DNA from: Rickettsiales bacterium
GTDB taxonomy: Bacteria; Pseudomonadota; Alphaproteobacteria; Rickettsiales; Deianiraeaceae
DNA length: 64,000 bases
NCBI GenBank assembly: GCA_017444095.1
Contig: JAFSXM010000020.1
Location: 129,482 to 193,481 of the forward strand
Direction of reading: 5' to 3'
Shown: in pieces, positions 1-10,768 of the stretch
How the letters are laid out: every line of letters begins with the position of its first letter
Numbering within the stretch: the stretch's first letter is position 1
The notes under the pieces: generated by a model
What the model was told of the DNA's origin: nothing
The model's database searches: none
What the model saw: the letters and a program-made list of their open reading frames with translations, nothing else
Translations under genes and position numbers: made by a program

Positions 1-60
1 GTATATTTTACAATAAATAATATTAAACTATCTGATTTTTATACTTTTATAGATAAAACA

Positions 61-1635
61 TTGTTACATTCATATCAAAATATACACAATATTGATGGTA
101 TAATAAATGGAACATTATGTTTTAGTTTCAATTCCAATGGAAAATTGGTTAAAAGTACAAATTTTCGTCAACAAAACAGGATACAATTGAAGAATTTAAT
201 TATAAATTCTAAACTTTTTGATTTTGATTTGTCAAAGTTTGTCTTTTCTTTGGAAATTATAAAGAATAATATTGTATTAAGAACAAGAAATGTTAATAAA
301 AATAAAAGTGGAGAAATTATTTTGCGGTATGATTATGTGCATAATGGATTACAAGTTAGGTTTGATAAGACGATATTAACGAAATCAGATTTTAATCAGT
401 TTAAAAAACTATTTCTTGATGCTACCCAGTTTAATATTATGAAAAATATAGAATTATCATTGTTGATAGATGGGCAAGTATTTATTCCGTTTGACAAAAC
501 ATTGTTTGCTACAAAAAGCATATTTAATTTAACTATGCAAGTTTTATCTACCGATGACGACTTAGATGATGAGATTTTATTTAAAATAATGAAAAATAAT
601 AATGCAAAAAAAGGAGATATAGAAATTAACTTTGGTAAATCAATTATGTATAGTCAAATGTTTGCTTTTGGCAAACAAGAAAATGACTTATCTATTATTC
701 GTGGTGCTTTTGAATTTATTGATGGAAAACAAAATGGTTTAAAAATAAATACATCTTGGACATTGAATGATGTTGAAAAATCAACATTTAAATTTAGTTT
801 TATAGATGGCATAGTTTATGCTTTACTTAAATCTAAAATTTCACAATTAGAAGTCGTCCAGAAAGGCAGGGAATATAAAGTTGGATTGTCCGGTAGCAGT
901 GTTTATGTTGATTATGAATTTTGGCATATAATTTTGCTGTTAATTTCTTTTCTAAAAGATTACGATTTAATGCAGGTTTACCTTGATGTTGATGATGGGG
1001 CAATTCAAGATGTAAAACTTGATGACGTTAGGTTTTTAATCAATATAAAACCGCCATTTTTTTACGGACATTTTGATTTTAATATGCATTTTCAAGGAAA
1101 AGATTATAATGGAATGCATTTTGTTAATGATAGAGATGGAAAATACGATATTGATATTCCAAATATTATCCCAATGCTTACTTTATATGATATAGATATA
1201 ACAAAATTTCCATTTTACAAATTATCATTATCAGGTAAGGGCAAGAGTGATATTAAGAACAAAATTCTTGATGGTTATTTGAATATCAAATTTGATAGTG
1301 AAGACACTGGATTGTTTGGTTTTACTCAATTATATTCGTTAAATATACCAACTTTTCATTATGATGCAAAAGGTTTGATGTTTAAAAAAGGTGAATTTAA
1401 GGCCAGATGGTTTAATGTTAAAGATATAGATATTGGATTACTATTTAATAAACAAAAATCTCATATTACAGCAAATTTGAAAGCATTAGTTCCATTGATA
1501 AGCACAAAATATGTTCCTGTGAAAATGACTGGAAATACATTTAAGGAATTATTTAGTAAAATTGATGTAAATAAAAAAACTTTTATACTTGATAAAGATT
1601 TTCAAGTGAATGAATTGGTTAAAGTGATTATCTAA
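61..1635 (+). CDS. hypothetical protein (524 aa), N/K/F-rich; first gene of a three-gene same-strand cluster ending in an OMP
   Basis: Long intact ORF and tight spacing (9-bp gap) to the next same-strand ORF. No recognisable catalytic motif. Confidence 0.45.
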   Translation: MLHSYQNIHNIDGIINGTLCFSFNSNGKLVKSTNFRQQNRIQLKNLIINSKLFDFDLSKFVFSLEIIKNNIVLRTRNVNKNKSGEIILRYDYVHNGLQVRFDKTILTKSDFNQFKKLFLDATQFNIMKNIELSLLIDGQVFIPFDKTLFATKSIFNLTMQVLSTDDDLDDEILFKIMKNNNAKKGDIEINFGKSIMYSQMFAFGKQENDLSIIRGAFEFIDGKQNGLKINTSWTLNDVEKSTFKFSFIDGIVYALLKSKISQLEVVQKGREYKVGLSGSSVYVDYEFWHIILLLISFLKDYDLMQVYLDVDDGAIQDVKLDDVRFLINIKPPFFYGHFDFNMHFQGKDYNGMHFVNDRDGKYDIDIPNIIPMLTLYDIDITKFPFYKLSLSGKGKSDIKNKILDGYLNIKFDSEDTGLFGFTQLYSLNIPTFHYDAKGLMFKKGEFKARWFNVKDIDIGLLFNKQKSHITANLKALVPLISTKYVPVKMTGNTFKELFSKIDVNKKTFILDKDFQVNELVKVII

Positions 1636-1644
1636 TATAGGTGT

Positions 1645-2337
1645 ATGATGTATTTGTGTTCACGAAAAAAAATAAACAAAATATGTCTCATGTTGGTCGT
1701 TTGGTGTGTAGCACTAAATACAAACAAACTATGTTTTTCTAATCAAAACTTACCATCTGGAAATAAGCCAAGCGGAGCATCTCCAATCCAAGATGCAAAA
1801 AATGGTAATAGTCATAATTCTGATGTCGGTGGTGCATATAAAGATTTTGCAAATAGAAACAATAAGGCATATCAAAAGCAAAAAGCACAACAAAATAAAG
1901 TGGAGGAAAGTAATAAAAAAGTATCACTTGTAGTTCATTACAAACCAGAAAAAATGCCATCTTTTCCAGATGGAAAACAGGAATACAAAGCTTTATTTGA
2001 TAACGAATTTACAAATTTTGTTGATAAAAGTTATTTGCTACCGGATGATAAAGATATTTTTATTTCTCAAAACACATTACATAAATACAATGAAGTATAC
2101 AAACACGGCAATGATAATGAAATTAACCAAATTGATGTTATAGAGGCGGAAAAAAATACACAAATTGATAGCGATAACTTAGATGAATACGAGATTGGAA
2201 CTCATAGGACAAGGGTTGTTGCTTTTTTAACACAAGACCAAATGCTTTTATCTGATATGTTTGATAGTCAACCTGATGCTTATTATATTGATATGGTAAA
2301 GGCTAAAATAGATGAAAACTTGAAATATAAAAAATAA
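1645..2337 (+). CDS. hypothetical protein with an N-terminal hydrophobic segment (signal peptide or membrane anchor) and a Pro/Ser/Gly-rich linker
   Basis: The ORF has a hydrophobic N-terminus (LMLVVWCVALN) followed by a low-complexity linker. It is co-oriented between the 524-aa ORF and the OMP gene. Confidence 0.4.
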   Translation: MMYLCSRKKINKICLMLVVWCVALNTNKLCFSNQNLPSGNKPSGASPIQDAKNGNSHNSDVGGAYKDFANRNNKAYQKQKAQQNKVEESNKKVSLVVHYKPEKMPSFPDGKQEYKALFDNEFTNFVDKSYLLPDDKDIFISQNTLHKYNEVYKHGNDNEINQIDVIEAEKNTQIDSDNLDEYEIGTHRTRVVAFLTQDQMLLSDMFDSQPDAYYIDMVKAKIDENLKYKK

Positions 2338-2378
2338 TTCTTTACCAACAATATGGCAGTTGTTTTTGAGAAAAATGT

Positions 2379-4088
2379 ATGTTTTGTTTAAAAAAAATTT
2401 GTCAAATAACTTTGCTATTCTCAATCTTTGCTGTCAATAATAAGACTTCTTTTGCCGAATTAGGCTATGTATTTAACAATGGTGCATTTTTTGATGGTAA
2501 ATTTATAAATGGAGAAGATAAAGTTGATAAAAATGAAAACAACGATACAACGAAAGATAAAAATAAAAATAACGATAATAATGCAGATGAGGCAGTAAAC
2601 AATGGTGGGTATGATAAAAATAAAACTGGTAATGTTAGAAATAAACTTCGTTTAAAAATAAATGGAATTGGTGAATTTCAGTATTTTTACAACGGGCAAA
2701 GCTCTCCGTATACTCAAACTATTTTACCAAATGGAATGCAAACATCGCCTGTAATATTATCGCATTCATCGGTTTACAACGGACAGACGAGTGTTATAAA
2801 TATGCTTGGTAAAATAGACATTAACCCAGAATTTGTGAGATATAAACCGGATGACATACAAGGAGAAGGTGTTAATCCTATCGCATTAAAGGTTGGATTG
2901 AAAATTTCACAACCTTTTATGAATGCAACCAAGAATATTGATCCAAAATATGCTCCACAGGAATATATTTATGTTGATACTGATTATTTCCATTTTGAAC
3001 TCGGTTCTGTTAATAGTGCTGCATCAAAAATGAGAGTTGATGCCCAAAAAATAGCAAGTGGCAATGGTGGTGTGTTTGGAACTTGGTGGAGATACATAAA
3101 TTTACCTGTATATAATACCAATGGATTAAGCACGGCTGATGCCAATGCTTTAAATGCGATGTCTCCAATTTATATGCTGTATCCTGTTTTGCCAAATGAA
3201 GCTGGTTTTACAGCACAGCGGGGTATAATAGGGCAACCAATTGCAACTGCAATGTTTTCCGGCATACAAAACAATCCAAATTTATCCTATGGCTCAACGG
3301 CACAGCCATATCCAACACACGGAGCCTATAGTAATAAAATCTCAATATATTCAAAAAGAATAAAAGGTGTAAAAATAGGTTTTTCATATTCACCAAATAC
3401 TGCTCAAAGTGGATATTTAACAAAAGAAATCAATGGCAATACTTCATTTTATAATAATACCATCGGCGGATATGTTAAAAACTATGTTGCGGTCGCTATT
3501 GATTATCGTAAACAATGGGATAAATATGGTATAGGTATTGCGGTTTCAGCAACATACGAACACGGAAATGTTATGCCTACGAATTTTTTGCTTAAAAACA
3601 ATAATACCGGCAGAACGGAAACCATTAAAGTTGGTAATTCAATATATCAAGAACGATACGATTTGAATGCTTGGAATATTGGGGCACAAATTGTGTGGAA
3701 GAATTACAGCATAGCTTATTCGTATGGTGATTGGGGAAAAAGTTTGTTGTATAAAAACTTTGCAATTTTAAATGGAGATTATCAAGTGCCAACACAAGGT
3801 AGAAAATCATACTATCACACATTGGGTTTTGGAGCAAACTATGGACCCGTGAGGCTTGGCTTAACATATATGCGGTCAAATTATGGTGGAAATAAGTTAG
3901 ATGCTTGGTCTGTTGGAAGTGATATTAAAATTATCAGTATGAAATATTTGAGGGTTGAGCCTTTTTTTGAATATGTTGGTTTTCATTTTCATACACCGGA
4001 AAATCAATTAAAAGTTGGTGGTATTAAATATAAAGCTCTTAAAAATACAGGTTTTGTAATATCAACCGGTATAAGAGTTTCGTTTTAA
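2379..4088 (+). CDS. outer-membrane beta-barrel protein (porin- or surface-antigen-like) with a cleavable signal peptide
   Basis: The N-terminus is a Sec signal (…LLFSIFAVNNKTSFA). There is an Asn/Lys-rich low-complexity stretch, then alternating-hydrophobicity beta-strand-like sequence. The C-terminus ends …GIRVSF with a terminal Phe, typical of OMP barrels. Confidence 0.5.
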   Translation: MFCLKKICQITLLFSIFAVNNKTSFAELGYVFNNGAFFDGKFINGEDKVDKNENNDTTKDKNKNNDNNADEAVNNGGYDKNKTGNVRNKLRLKINGIGEFQYFYNGQSSPYTQTILPNGMQTSPVILSHSSVYNGQTSVINMLGKIDINPEFVRYKPDDIQGEGVNPIALKVGLKISQPFMNATKNIDPKYAPQEYIYVDTDYFHFELGSVNSAASKMRVDAQKIASGNGGVFGTWWRYINLPVYNTNGLSTADANALNAMSPIYMLYPVLPNEAGFTAQRGIIGQPIATAMFSGIQNNPNLSYGSTAQPYPTHGAYSNKISIYSKRIKGVKIGFSYSPNTAQSGYLTKEINGNTSFYNNTIGGYVKNYVAVAIDYRKQWDKYGIGIAVSATYEHGNVMPTNFLLKNNNTGRTETIKVGNSIYQERYDLNAWNIGAQIVWKNYSIAYSYGDWGKSLLYKNFAILNGDYQVPTQGRKSYYHTLGFGANYGPVRLGLTYMRSNYGGNKLDAWSVGSDIKIISMKYLRVEPFFEYVGFHFHTPENQLKVGGIKYKALKNTGFVISTGIRVSF

Positions 4089-4116
4089 TTGCTGGTGGCC
4101 GTAAAGAATTTCTAAT

Positions 4117-4602
4117 TTAGTAATTGAATATTGCCGTCGTGGCAATGGCAATGGCATCACTTTCATCTAATGTTTTGGGTGTTGCTTTTGGCACTAATAT
4201 CTTAATCATATAATCAACCTGTTGTTTGTCGGCCTTTCCGTTTCCAGTAATTGCTTTTTTTATTTCATTTGGCTTAAACTCCATAATAGTAAGTTTATGT
4301 TGCAATGCAACTGACATAATAATTCCACGAACAACACCGAGTTTAAGTGAACTTAAAGCATTGCCGTTTACAAAAGTTTCCTCAATGGAGAGAATATTTG
4401 GTTTGTAAGTGTCTATAATTTCTTCAACTTTTTGGCGGATATTTTCTAATTTACAATAATAATCATCTTTTATGTTATTACTAATATGTCCTACATTTTC
4501 AAAAATAATATCTCCGCAACCGGAGGTTTTCAATATAGACCATCCTGTATTGTTTAAAGCTGGGTCTATACCGAGTATTGTAATATATTTATCGTTTCTC
4601 AT
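4117..4602 (-). CDS. ruvC: crossover junction endodeoxyribonuclease RuvC
   Basis: N-terminal ILGIDPALNNTGWSIL matches the RuvC catalytic Asp motif. Length is 161 aa. Confidence 0.85.
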   Translation of the reverse strand: MRNDKYITILGIDPALNNTGWSILKTSGCGDIIFENVGHISNNIKDDYYCKLENIRQKVEEIIDTYKPNILSIEETFVNGNALSSLKLGVVRGIIMSVALQHKLTIMEFKPNEIKKAITGNGKADKQQVDYMIKILVPKATPKTLDESDAIAIATTAIFNY

Positions 4603-4635
4603 TTAAAAAAAGCAAAATATACATATTTGGATGTT

Positions 4636-5169
4636 CTATTTTAGAATCTTTGTGTTTTTAACCTTAAATATTTCAAGGATAATCCATAGTCCGACTCCAA
4701 TACAAACGCAACTGTCTGCAATATTAAAAGCAGGCCAATGTTTATCAAAAATATGAAAATCAATAAAATCTCTTACATAACCGAATGCAATTCTGTCAAT
4801 AATATTGCCAATGGCTCCACTAATTATCATAGATATAGATATTACAAAGATATTTGGTTTTTTATATTCATTTTTTGAACTTAATAAATAAAATAAAAAC
4901 AAACACACGATGATGTTAAAAAATATTATCATCTTTTTAACGAAGAGTTTACTGCCAGCAAATAAGCCAAAGCTTATTCCGTGATTTTCAACTTTTACAA
5001 AGTTTAAGATACCGCAAACTTGTAAAATGGAAAACTCTGCATTAAAAACAATATGTTTTGTGTATAAATCCAGTGTAATAAAAAATAAAACAATACATAA
5101 AAATACAAAAATATCTTTTAATGTTATTTTTCGTACATTACAAAATATATTTTGTATAGCAGTTTGCAT
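4636..5169 (-). CDS. lspA: lipoprotein signal peptidase II
   Basis: The ORF encodes four TM segments and conserved signal peptidase II motifs (…NHGISFGLF…, …FNIADSCVCIGVGLWI…). Length is 177 aa. Confidence 0.85.
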   Translation of the reverse strand: MQTAIQNIFCNVRKITLKDIFVFLCIVLFFITLDLYTKHIVFNAEFSILQVCGILNFVKVENHGISFGLFAGSKLFVKKMIIFFNIIVCLFLFYLLSSKNEYKKPNIFVISISMIISGAIGNIIDRIAFGYVRDFIDFHIFDKHWPAFNIADSCVCIGVGLWIILEIFKVKNTKILK

Positions 5170-5272
5170 TTAAAAAAAATTTAACTATGTAATGTTTCTT
5201 GAAAATAATTTACAAGTTTTATAAATCAACCTTGATAATAAAATTATTATTTCTTCAAGCTTTTAACTCAAT

Positions 5273-6526
5273 ATGGTGAAGTTTTTACATAAATTTCGGT
5301 TTGGTTTTTCAAACGGCATATCTGTTAAACCAATGTTGTTTGCATTTTTTAGTGAATTTTTATTTGTGTATGCTTTTTATGTATCATACTTTTCGCAATG
5401 TGAATATAATGCAAGTATGATAGCCGGTTTGCTGGTTATGATGAATTTATCAAATGTATTATTTAATATCCCCGCCGGTATATTAGCGGATAATTTTAGT
5501 AGGAGAAATCTATTGCTTATTGGTTTATTTGCAAAAATGATGTTTTGTTGGCTATGTTTTTCATCCAAAAATTATTATGTGTTATTGTTAGCGATGTCAT
5601 TTTATGGTATTGGTAATAGTTGTATTTATTACCATACAGAAGCATATTTTTATGATGAGCTAAAAAGAAAACATAAAGAAAATAGTTATCCAAGATTTAT
5701 GGGAATATACTATGCAACCATGAACTTAGCCATTGCAACAGCTGGTTTATTTGGCGAGACAATTTATATCAATTTTGGTTTTGAAGGTATTTTTCTTTCA
5801 TCTATATTATCTCTTTTATTTGCGATGTTGTTAATTTTACAACTGCCAAATTATCGTCCAATTAAAAGCGATAATGCTGTTTTTGGAGTTAGAAATCCAA
5901 AGCATTTTATTAGGCTATTTAGACAAATGCTAAAAAAACCAAATATTATCAGGATAGTTATTTTGGCGATAATCTTAGATACTTTATTTGTTTTATCAAT
6001 CGATATGAATACAAACCTTATGAATACGATGGAAATGAATACTGGCACCATTTCAAAAGTTGTTGGATTTGTTGGCCTTGTTCGATGTTTTACAAATTAT
6101 CTATCGGGTAGGGCGGTTAAGTATATTTCATTTAAAAATGTGCATTCTTTATTACTAATATTTTTATCATTGGCTATCTTTTTTTCATTTAAAGGTGGAT
6201 ACTATATGGTTTTATCAATATCATTCTATATGTGTATTTATCCTTTTTTTGATATGGTTGTAAAAACTAAACTTCAAAGAAAAATAGATAGTGCAACAAG
6301 AGCAACAACCATGTCATTCGTTAGTATGTTGTCATTCGCTTTTGCTTGTATTTTTAATATATGTATTATTCATATTTCAAAAATTTATGGCTATTATGCG
6401 GTTCCTGTTTTTGTGTTTTTAATCACAATATTATTATTATTTTCTGTTAGAAATATTATTCTTTTTTATAAATTGGATGCGAAAGTTAGAAAAATAAGGA
6501 GAAAATATATTAGGCGAAGACTGTAA
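5273..6526 (+). CDS. MFS-type transporter (12-TM permease)
   Basis: Multiple predicted TM helices. An MFS-like loop (…ADNFSRRNLLLIGLF…) follows TM2. Length is 417 aa. Confidence 0.55.
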   Translation: MVKFLHKFRFGFSNGISVKPMLFAFFSEFLFVYAFYVSYFSQCEYNASMIAGLLVMMNLSNVLFNIPAGILADNFSRRNLLLIGLFAKMMFCWLCFSSKNYYVLLLAMSFYGIGNSCIYYHTEAYFYDELKRKHKENSYPRFMGIYYATMNLAIATAGLFGETIYINFGFEGIFLSSILSLLFAMLLILQLPNYRPIKSDNAVFGVRNPKHFIRLFRQMLKKPNIIRIVILAIILDTLFVLSIDMNTNLMNTMEMNTGTISKVVGFVGLVRCFTNYLSGRAVKYISFKNVHSLLLIFLSLAIFFSFKGGYYMVLSISFYMCIYPFFDMVVKTKLQRKIDSATRATTMSFVSMLSFAFACIFNICIIHISKIYGYYAVPVFVFLITILLLFSVRNIILFYKLDAKVRKIRRKYIRRRL

Positions 6527-7317
6527 TAATTATTTTGTTGTTATAAATTACTTATATTTTCTGATAAATCGTTTGGTAAAAGCGGTGGCATTGTTTTTTT
6601 TGCTTTCAATTCTAAGAATGACACTGTGTTATAAAAATATCAAGATAAAAGTTTTATTAGTGAAGAAGACACAGTCTAAACATAAATATGCTTGCAGAAT
6701 ATGAAAGTTTATACCTATAATTTATTGAAGCAATAATCTCTATGTGCTTATTATGGTGATGGGTTTGATATTAAGCCACAATTGTGTTTTGCATATAAAA
6801 AAAATGGAACGATATACATAAATGATGAAAAGAATTGTTGCTGGAATTATACACAGCTGTCTTCTTGTAAAGATATTGAAATGGTTGTAATAACGATTGC
6901 AAGTTAAGTTTTAATCTTAACAAACAAGCATTAGAGTGTGAATATGAGCTATAGATATTGCAAGTTTATAAGTATGTATTGGTAAATTATCGTAATTATG
7001 ATACACTGCTACATAAAGAGACATTTATGCTTGCAGATTTTTTACAAAGTTTTAATCAAGACGAATGCTGTTTGGTGTGGCTTTTCCATCCAATAATTCC
7101 ATTCAAAGACACATCGAGCTTAACTTTTATTAAGTATTTAACTATGTTATGATATTCACTTTAATAAATGTGTAATAATAATCTGTGATTATATCTTGAT
7201 GTTGCGAAAAAGTCTGAAAAATTTTAAGAATGTATTGTAGTATTACAAACATAAATATTGACTATTTGATAATTATAAATATAATACTTTATTAAGTAGT
7301 TTTGTTCTATAAAGAAA

Positions 7318-8460
7318 ATGAATGATAAATTCAAAGATGCCCAACAGACAACAATTATGTCAAATTATGAAGGTAAGTTAAAGCAACTCGTTGATAGTCT
7401 TTATAGTAGTTTTTTAACTAATTATAACATAGCAGATTATAAGGAGGTAATAGACGGACATGCTAATAGCAATCAAGATACAAAGCTTGATGGTATATTG
7501 TCGGAAATTAAAAAGACTTTTCTTTTAGATAGTAATCAAAAAGATTGTTTATTTCAAAAATATTACAATTTGTTAATCGATGGTTGTGAAAATATTGATG
7601 ACAATAGTGCAAAACAGAATATTAGAAAAATTATTTTTAATCACTTAAAGGAAAAAAAACTATTTAATGATTTACATATTGCCATTGATTTGGTTAAAAG
7701 TAAATTCAAGCAAGAAATGGAAGAAATGCAACAACAAATAGTGCAGGAAAAGCAAAAGGCCATACTAGAGGCTCAACGGCTGGAAAAAGAAAGACAATCA
7801 AAACATATCGAACATTCGTCACAGCAAATGGTAGATTCCTCAGGAATTCAGCAACCCACAATGCAACGAGATTTGAGTATAAATAAGGATAATACATACA
7901 ATGTCAATAATCAACCGGACAATAATATATCATTGGATAGGGTAGAAAACGATAATGATATAAACGATGATATTGGTTATGGTGATAATAATTTCTTCGA
8001 ACAAGTTGCAAATGAGCAAATGGCTTCTTACAATCCACCAGCAAATGAACATAGTATACAATTAAATGAGTATGAACGAAATGATGTACCTAAACAAACA
8101 TTTAGTGCGAATGACTTCTATCGTTATAAAAATATAAACAATATGATTACAAACAGGACAAAGGTGTTGATTGAAAATGAGTATAATTTTGTGAAAAATG
8201 AAATTAAAAATATTCAAATTGCAAAGAACACATTTGATAAAATTGATAATAAAAACAATGAAAACGATATTATGGATTTGAATAAAAAAGATAGTAATGC
8301 AAGGACAAATTTGCTTATGCAACAACCAAATCTTCAGAAAAATAAAATTCAGCAGGCATATAATAATACTCACAAAGATATTCAAAATTCCATTGTTTTT
8401 GGTGATGGTAAAATATCTGATAAAAATAAATTAAGTGCAGAAGTGCCAATACGACGATAA
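7318..8460 (+). CDS. hypothetical Q/N/K-rich protein with predicted coiled-coil
   Basis: Intact 380-aa ORF. Heptad-like region (…EMEEMQQQIVQEKQKAILEAQRLEKERQ…). No signal peptide. Confidence 0.4.
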   Translation: MNDKFKDAQQTTIMSNYEGKLKQLVDSLYSSFLTNYNIADYKEVIDGHANSNQDTKLDGILSEIKKTFLLDSNQKDCLFQKYYNLLIDGCENIDDNSAKQNIRKIIFNHLKEKKLFNDLHIAIDLVKSKFKQEMEEMQQQIVQEKQKAILEAQRLEKERQSKHIEHSSQQMVDSSGIQQPTMQRDLSINKDNTYNVNNQPDNNISLDRVENDNDINDDIGYGDNNFFEQVANEQMASYNPPANEHSIQLNEYERNDVPKQTFSANDFYRYKNINNMITNRTKVLIENEYNFVKNEIKNIQIAKNTFDKIDNKNNENDIMDLNKKDSNARTNLLMQQPNLQKNKIQQAYNNTHKDIQNSIVFGDGKISDKNKLSAEVPIRR

Positions 8461-8501
8461 AAATTGTTGTTTTTTATTAAATAAAATGGTATAACTTCCT
8501 T

Positions 8502-9380
8502 ATGAAAGTTATAATTAAGTTTTTGTCCAATGTCCTTTTGAGGTTTTATTCAGAAGTGATCGCCGGTATTTGGGCGGTAATACTTTTAATCCCGCTCGAT
8601 AATGCTTTGTATAAATTTTTTACAGGGACATCGAGTTATCCAATGAGTAAATACTATGTTGCATTTTTTATTTGTTATACATTGTTTTTCTTAGTATCGG
8701 GTGCTTTAATACCAATTATAAAAAAACACAGAATAGTTGGTATGATTAACAACTTAGAAAAAACGAAGCAAATCTCATCATTGCAGAAAAAAAAAATACT
8801 ATTTACCATCAAGGATATAACAAATTATCAAAGTTTATTTACAAAAGAGGGTTTTTTACATTTTTTAATGGAAAATATTTTTTCAATTGGTGTAATGTTT
8901 TCTTGGTTTGGTATTGAGGGTATTATTTCTAATGTGATGCACGGAGAGACTTTAATAGTTCCAATATTATTTATCATTTTATTCTTTGCCACACTCATAC
9001 TCGAATCTTTCCTTGATGACTTTATTGCAGAAAATAAAAGGAGTATGAAAAAAATGTCTTCTATCAATAATAAGTTTTATGATTACAATAAACAGTTAAT
9101 AATGCAATTGGTTGAAGATATAGGAGGTGGTGGTTCTTCAAGTGAAAATTTAGGTAGATTATTGTTAGAAGATACAATAGAAGACATAGCTGAAATTATG
9201 AATATGCCAAGAAGGTCTTTGAAAGGAAAAAATCAAGCAAAACATAATTCTTTAAAAGAAAGTAGAAAAAAGGTTAGTGGAAGAAAGCATATGCATTTTG
9301 TGAAAAACAAATCAACTATTGGGAATAACACAAGAAATAAACAAAAAAGAACAAAAAAGACAATTTATTCTAATTATTAA
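8502..9380 (+). CDS. hypothetical integral membrane protein (~4 TM) with a highly basic C-terminal tail
   Basis: Hydrophobic helices in the N-terminal 180 aa. C-terminal Lys/Arg-rich segment. Lies immediately upstream of the pilC/gspF-like gene. Confidence 0.4.
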   Translation: MKVIIKFLSNVLLRFYSEVIAGIWAVILLIPLDNALYKFFTGTSSYPMSKYYVAFFICYTLFFLVSGALIPIIKKHRIVGMINNLEKTKQISSLQKKKILFTIKDITNYQSLFTKEGFLHFLMENIFSIGVMFSWFGIEGIISNVMHGETLIVPILFIILFFATLILESFLDDFIAENKRSMKKMSSINNKFYDYNKQLIMQLVEDIGGGGSSSENLGRLLLEDTIEDIAEIMNMPRRSLKGKNQAKHNSLKESRKKVSGRKHMHFVKNKSTIGNNTRNKQKRTKKTIYSNY

Positions 9381-9473
9381 ACATAATACCATTATCAATA
9401 TTGCCGTTTAGATGATAAAACAGCTTGCATTGTGAAATATTTTTGTATAAAATGTTATATATAATATTTTATT

Positions 9474-10688
9474 ATGCCTGTTTTTAAATATACCGTCGTT
9501 AAGGCAGATACTACAATATCAAAAGGAAAGATGAATGCACCGACAAAAGATTATGCTAATGATATATTGCAATCATCTGGATATCAAGTTTTATCTTTAA
9601 AGCGAGAATGGCTTACATTAACACCAACAACAAATAAACTATCGAGACAAGAGTTGATTACATTTTTTTCTTCAATATCTTCAATGGATAGAGTGGGTGT
9701 TGATATGTTAAGGTCGTTAGAAATGATGAAAGATGATATCGCATCAGGTGGTGGTTTGAAGAATGTTAGTGAAAAAATATATTTTTTTGTCGCCAATGGG
9801 GATAGTTTATCAACTGCTTGCAAAAAGGCATCACCAAGTTTTACAGATGATTATATCGGTCTAATAGCAATAGCTGAAAACACAGGTAATTTTGCGAAGA
9901 TTTTTGATGAAATTGTTGATTTTATTAAATATAATTACGAAGTTAATCAAAGAACAAAATCTGCTGTTCGTGGGCCACTTGGAACATTGGTGATGACTAT
10001 CGGTATTATTGTTGCAATGTCTATTATCGTTTTGCCTAAGATTACAACATTTCTTGATGATATGGGTGTAAAAATTCCTTGGTATACATTGGCTTTAATC
10101 AAATTTGCTACATTTATTACAAATTATTGGCAAATTGGTATTGGAGTGATAGCTGGTGTTGTTATTGGTATTAAAGTGGCATCAATCTTCAATAAAACAT
10201 TTATGATAGCCGTTGATAGATTAAAACTAAAAATACCTATTTTTGGTGATTTATTGTTAAAATTGGATGTTTCAAGGTTTATATCATTTTTTACTTTAAT
10301 GTATAATAGTGGTGCCGATATTATTAATATAATACAGAGTGTTTCAAAAACATTATCAAATAAATATCTTGGATACAGAATTGAACAAATGCAATATAAG
10401 ATATTAGATGGTTTGTCGATTTTTCAATCAATCAATAGTGAAAAAGTTTTCCCAAGTATGTTTAGAAGATTGTTTTCAATATGTGAAGCAACAGGAGAGA
10501 TCGGTGCGGTGCTTTATAATATTAAATTCTTTTATGATAACGAAACAAAAGAAACGACTGAAAAAGTGATAGGACTAATAAAACCTTTTTTAACTATTGT
10601 TCTTGGAGGTGTTGTTTTGTGGATGGCACTTGGAATGATGATGCCTATTTACTCTAATATGGGTAATCTTGGACAAGTTCAGGCATAA
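9474..10688 (+). CDS. type II secretion system F-domain protein (GspF/PilC family platform protein)
   Basis: N-terminus MPVFKYTVVKADTTISKGKMNAPTKDYANDILQSSGYQVLSL matches the canonical PilC/GspF start. A T2SF motif (LSRQELITFFSSISSMDRVGVDMLRSLEMM) is present. Three or more TM helices. Length is 404 aa. Confidence 0.6.
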   Translation: MPVFKYTVVKADTTISKGKMNAPTKDYANDILQSSGYQVLSLKREWLTLTPTTNKLSRQELITFFSSISSMDRVGVDMLRSLEMMKDDIASGGGLKNVSEKIYFFVANGDSLSTACKKASPSFTDDYIGLIAIAENTGNFAKIFDEIVDFIKYNYEVNQRTKSAVRGPLGTLVMTIGIIVAMSIIVLPKITTFLDDMGVKIPWYTLALIKFATFITNYWQIGIGVIAGVVIGIKVASIFNKTFMIAVDRLKLKIPIFGDLLLKLDVSRFISFFTLMYNSGADIINIIQSVSKTLSNKYLGYRIEQMQYKILDGLSIFQSINSEKVFPSMFRRLFSICEATGEIGAVLYNIKFFYDNETKETTEKVIGLIKPFLTIVLGGVVLWMALGMMMPIYSNMGNLGQVQA

Positions 10689-10768
10689 TGTTGCTCAACC
10701 TATCAATCTGTATTGTAAAGAATTACCTTTAATTATTTGACAAATAAAAAAGTAAAAATATCTGTTTT

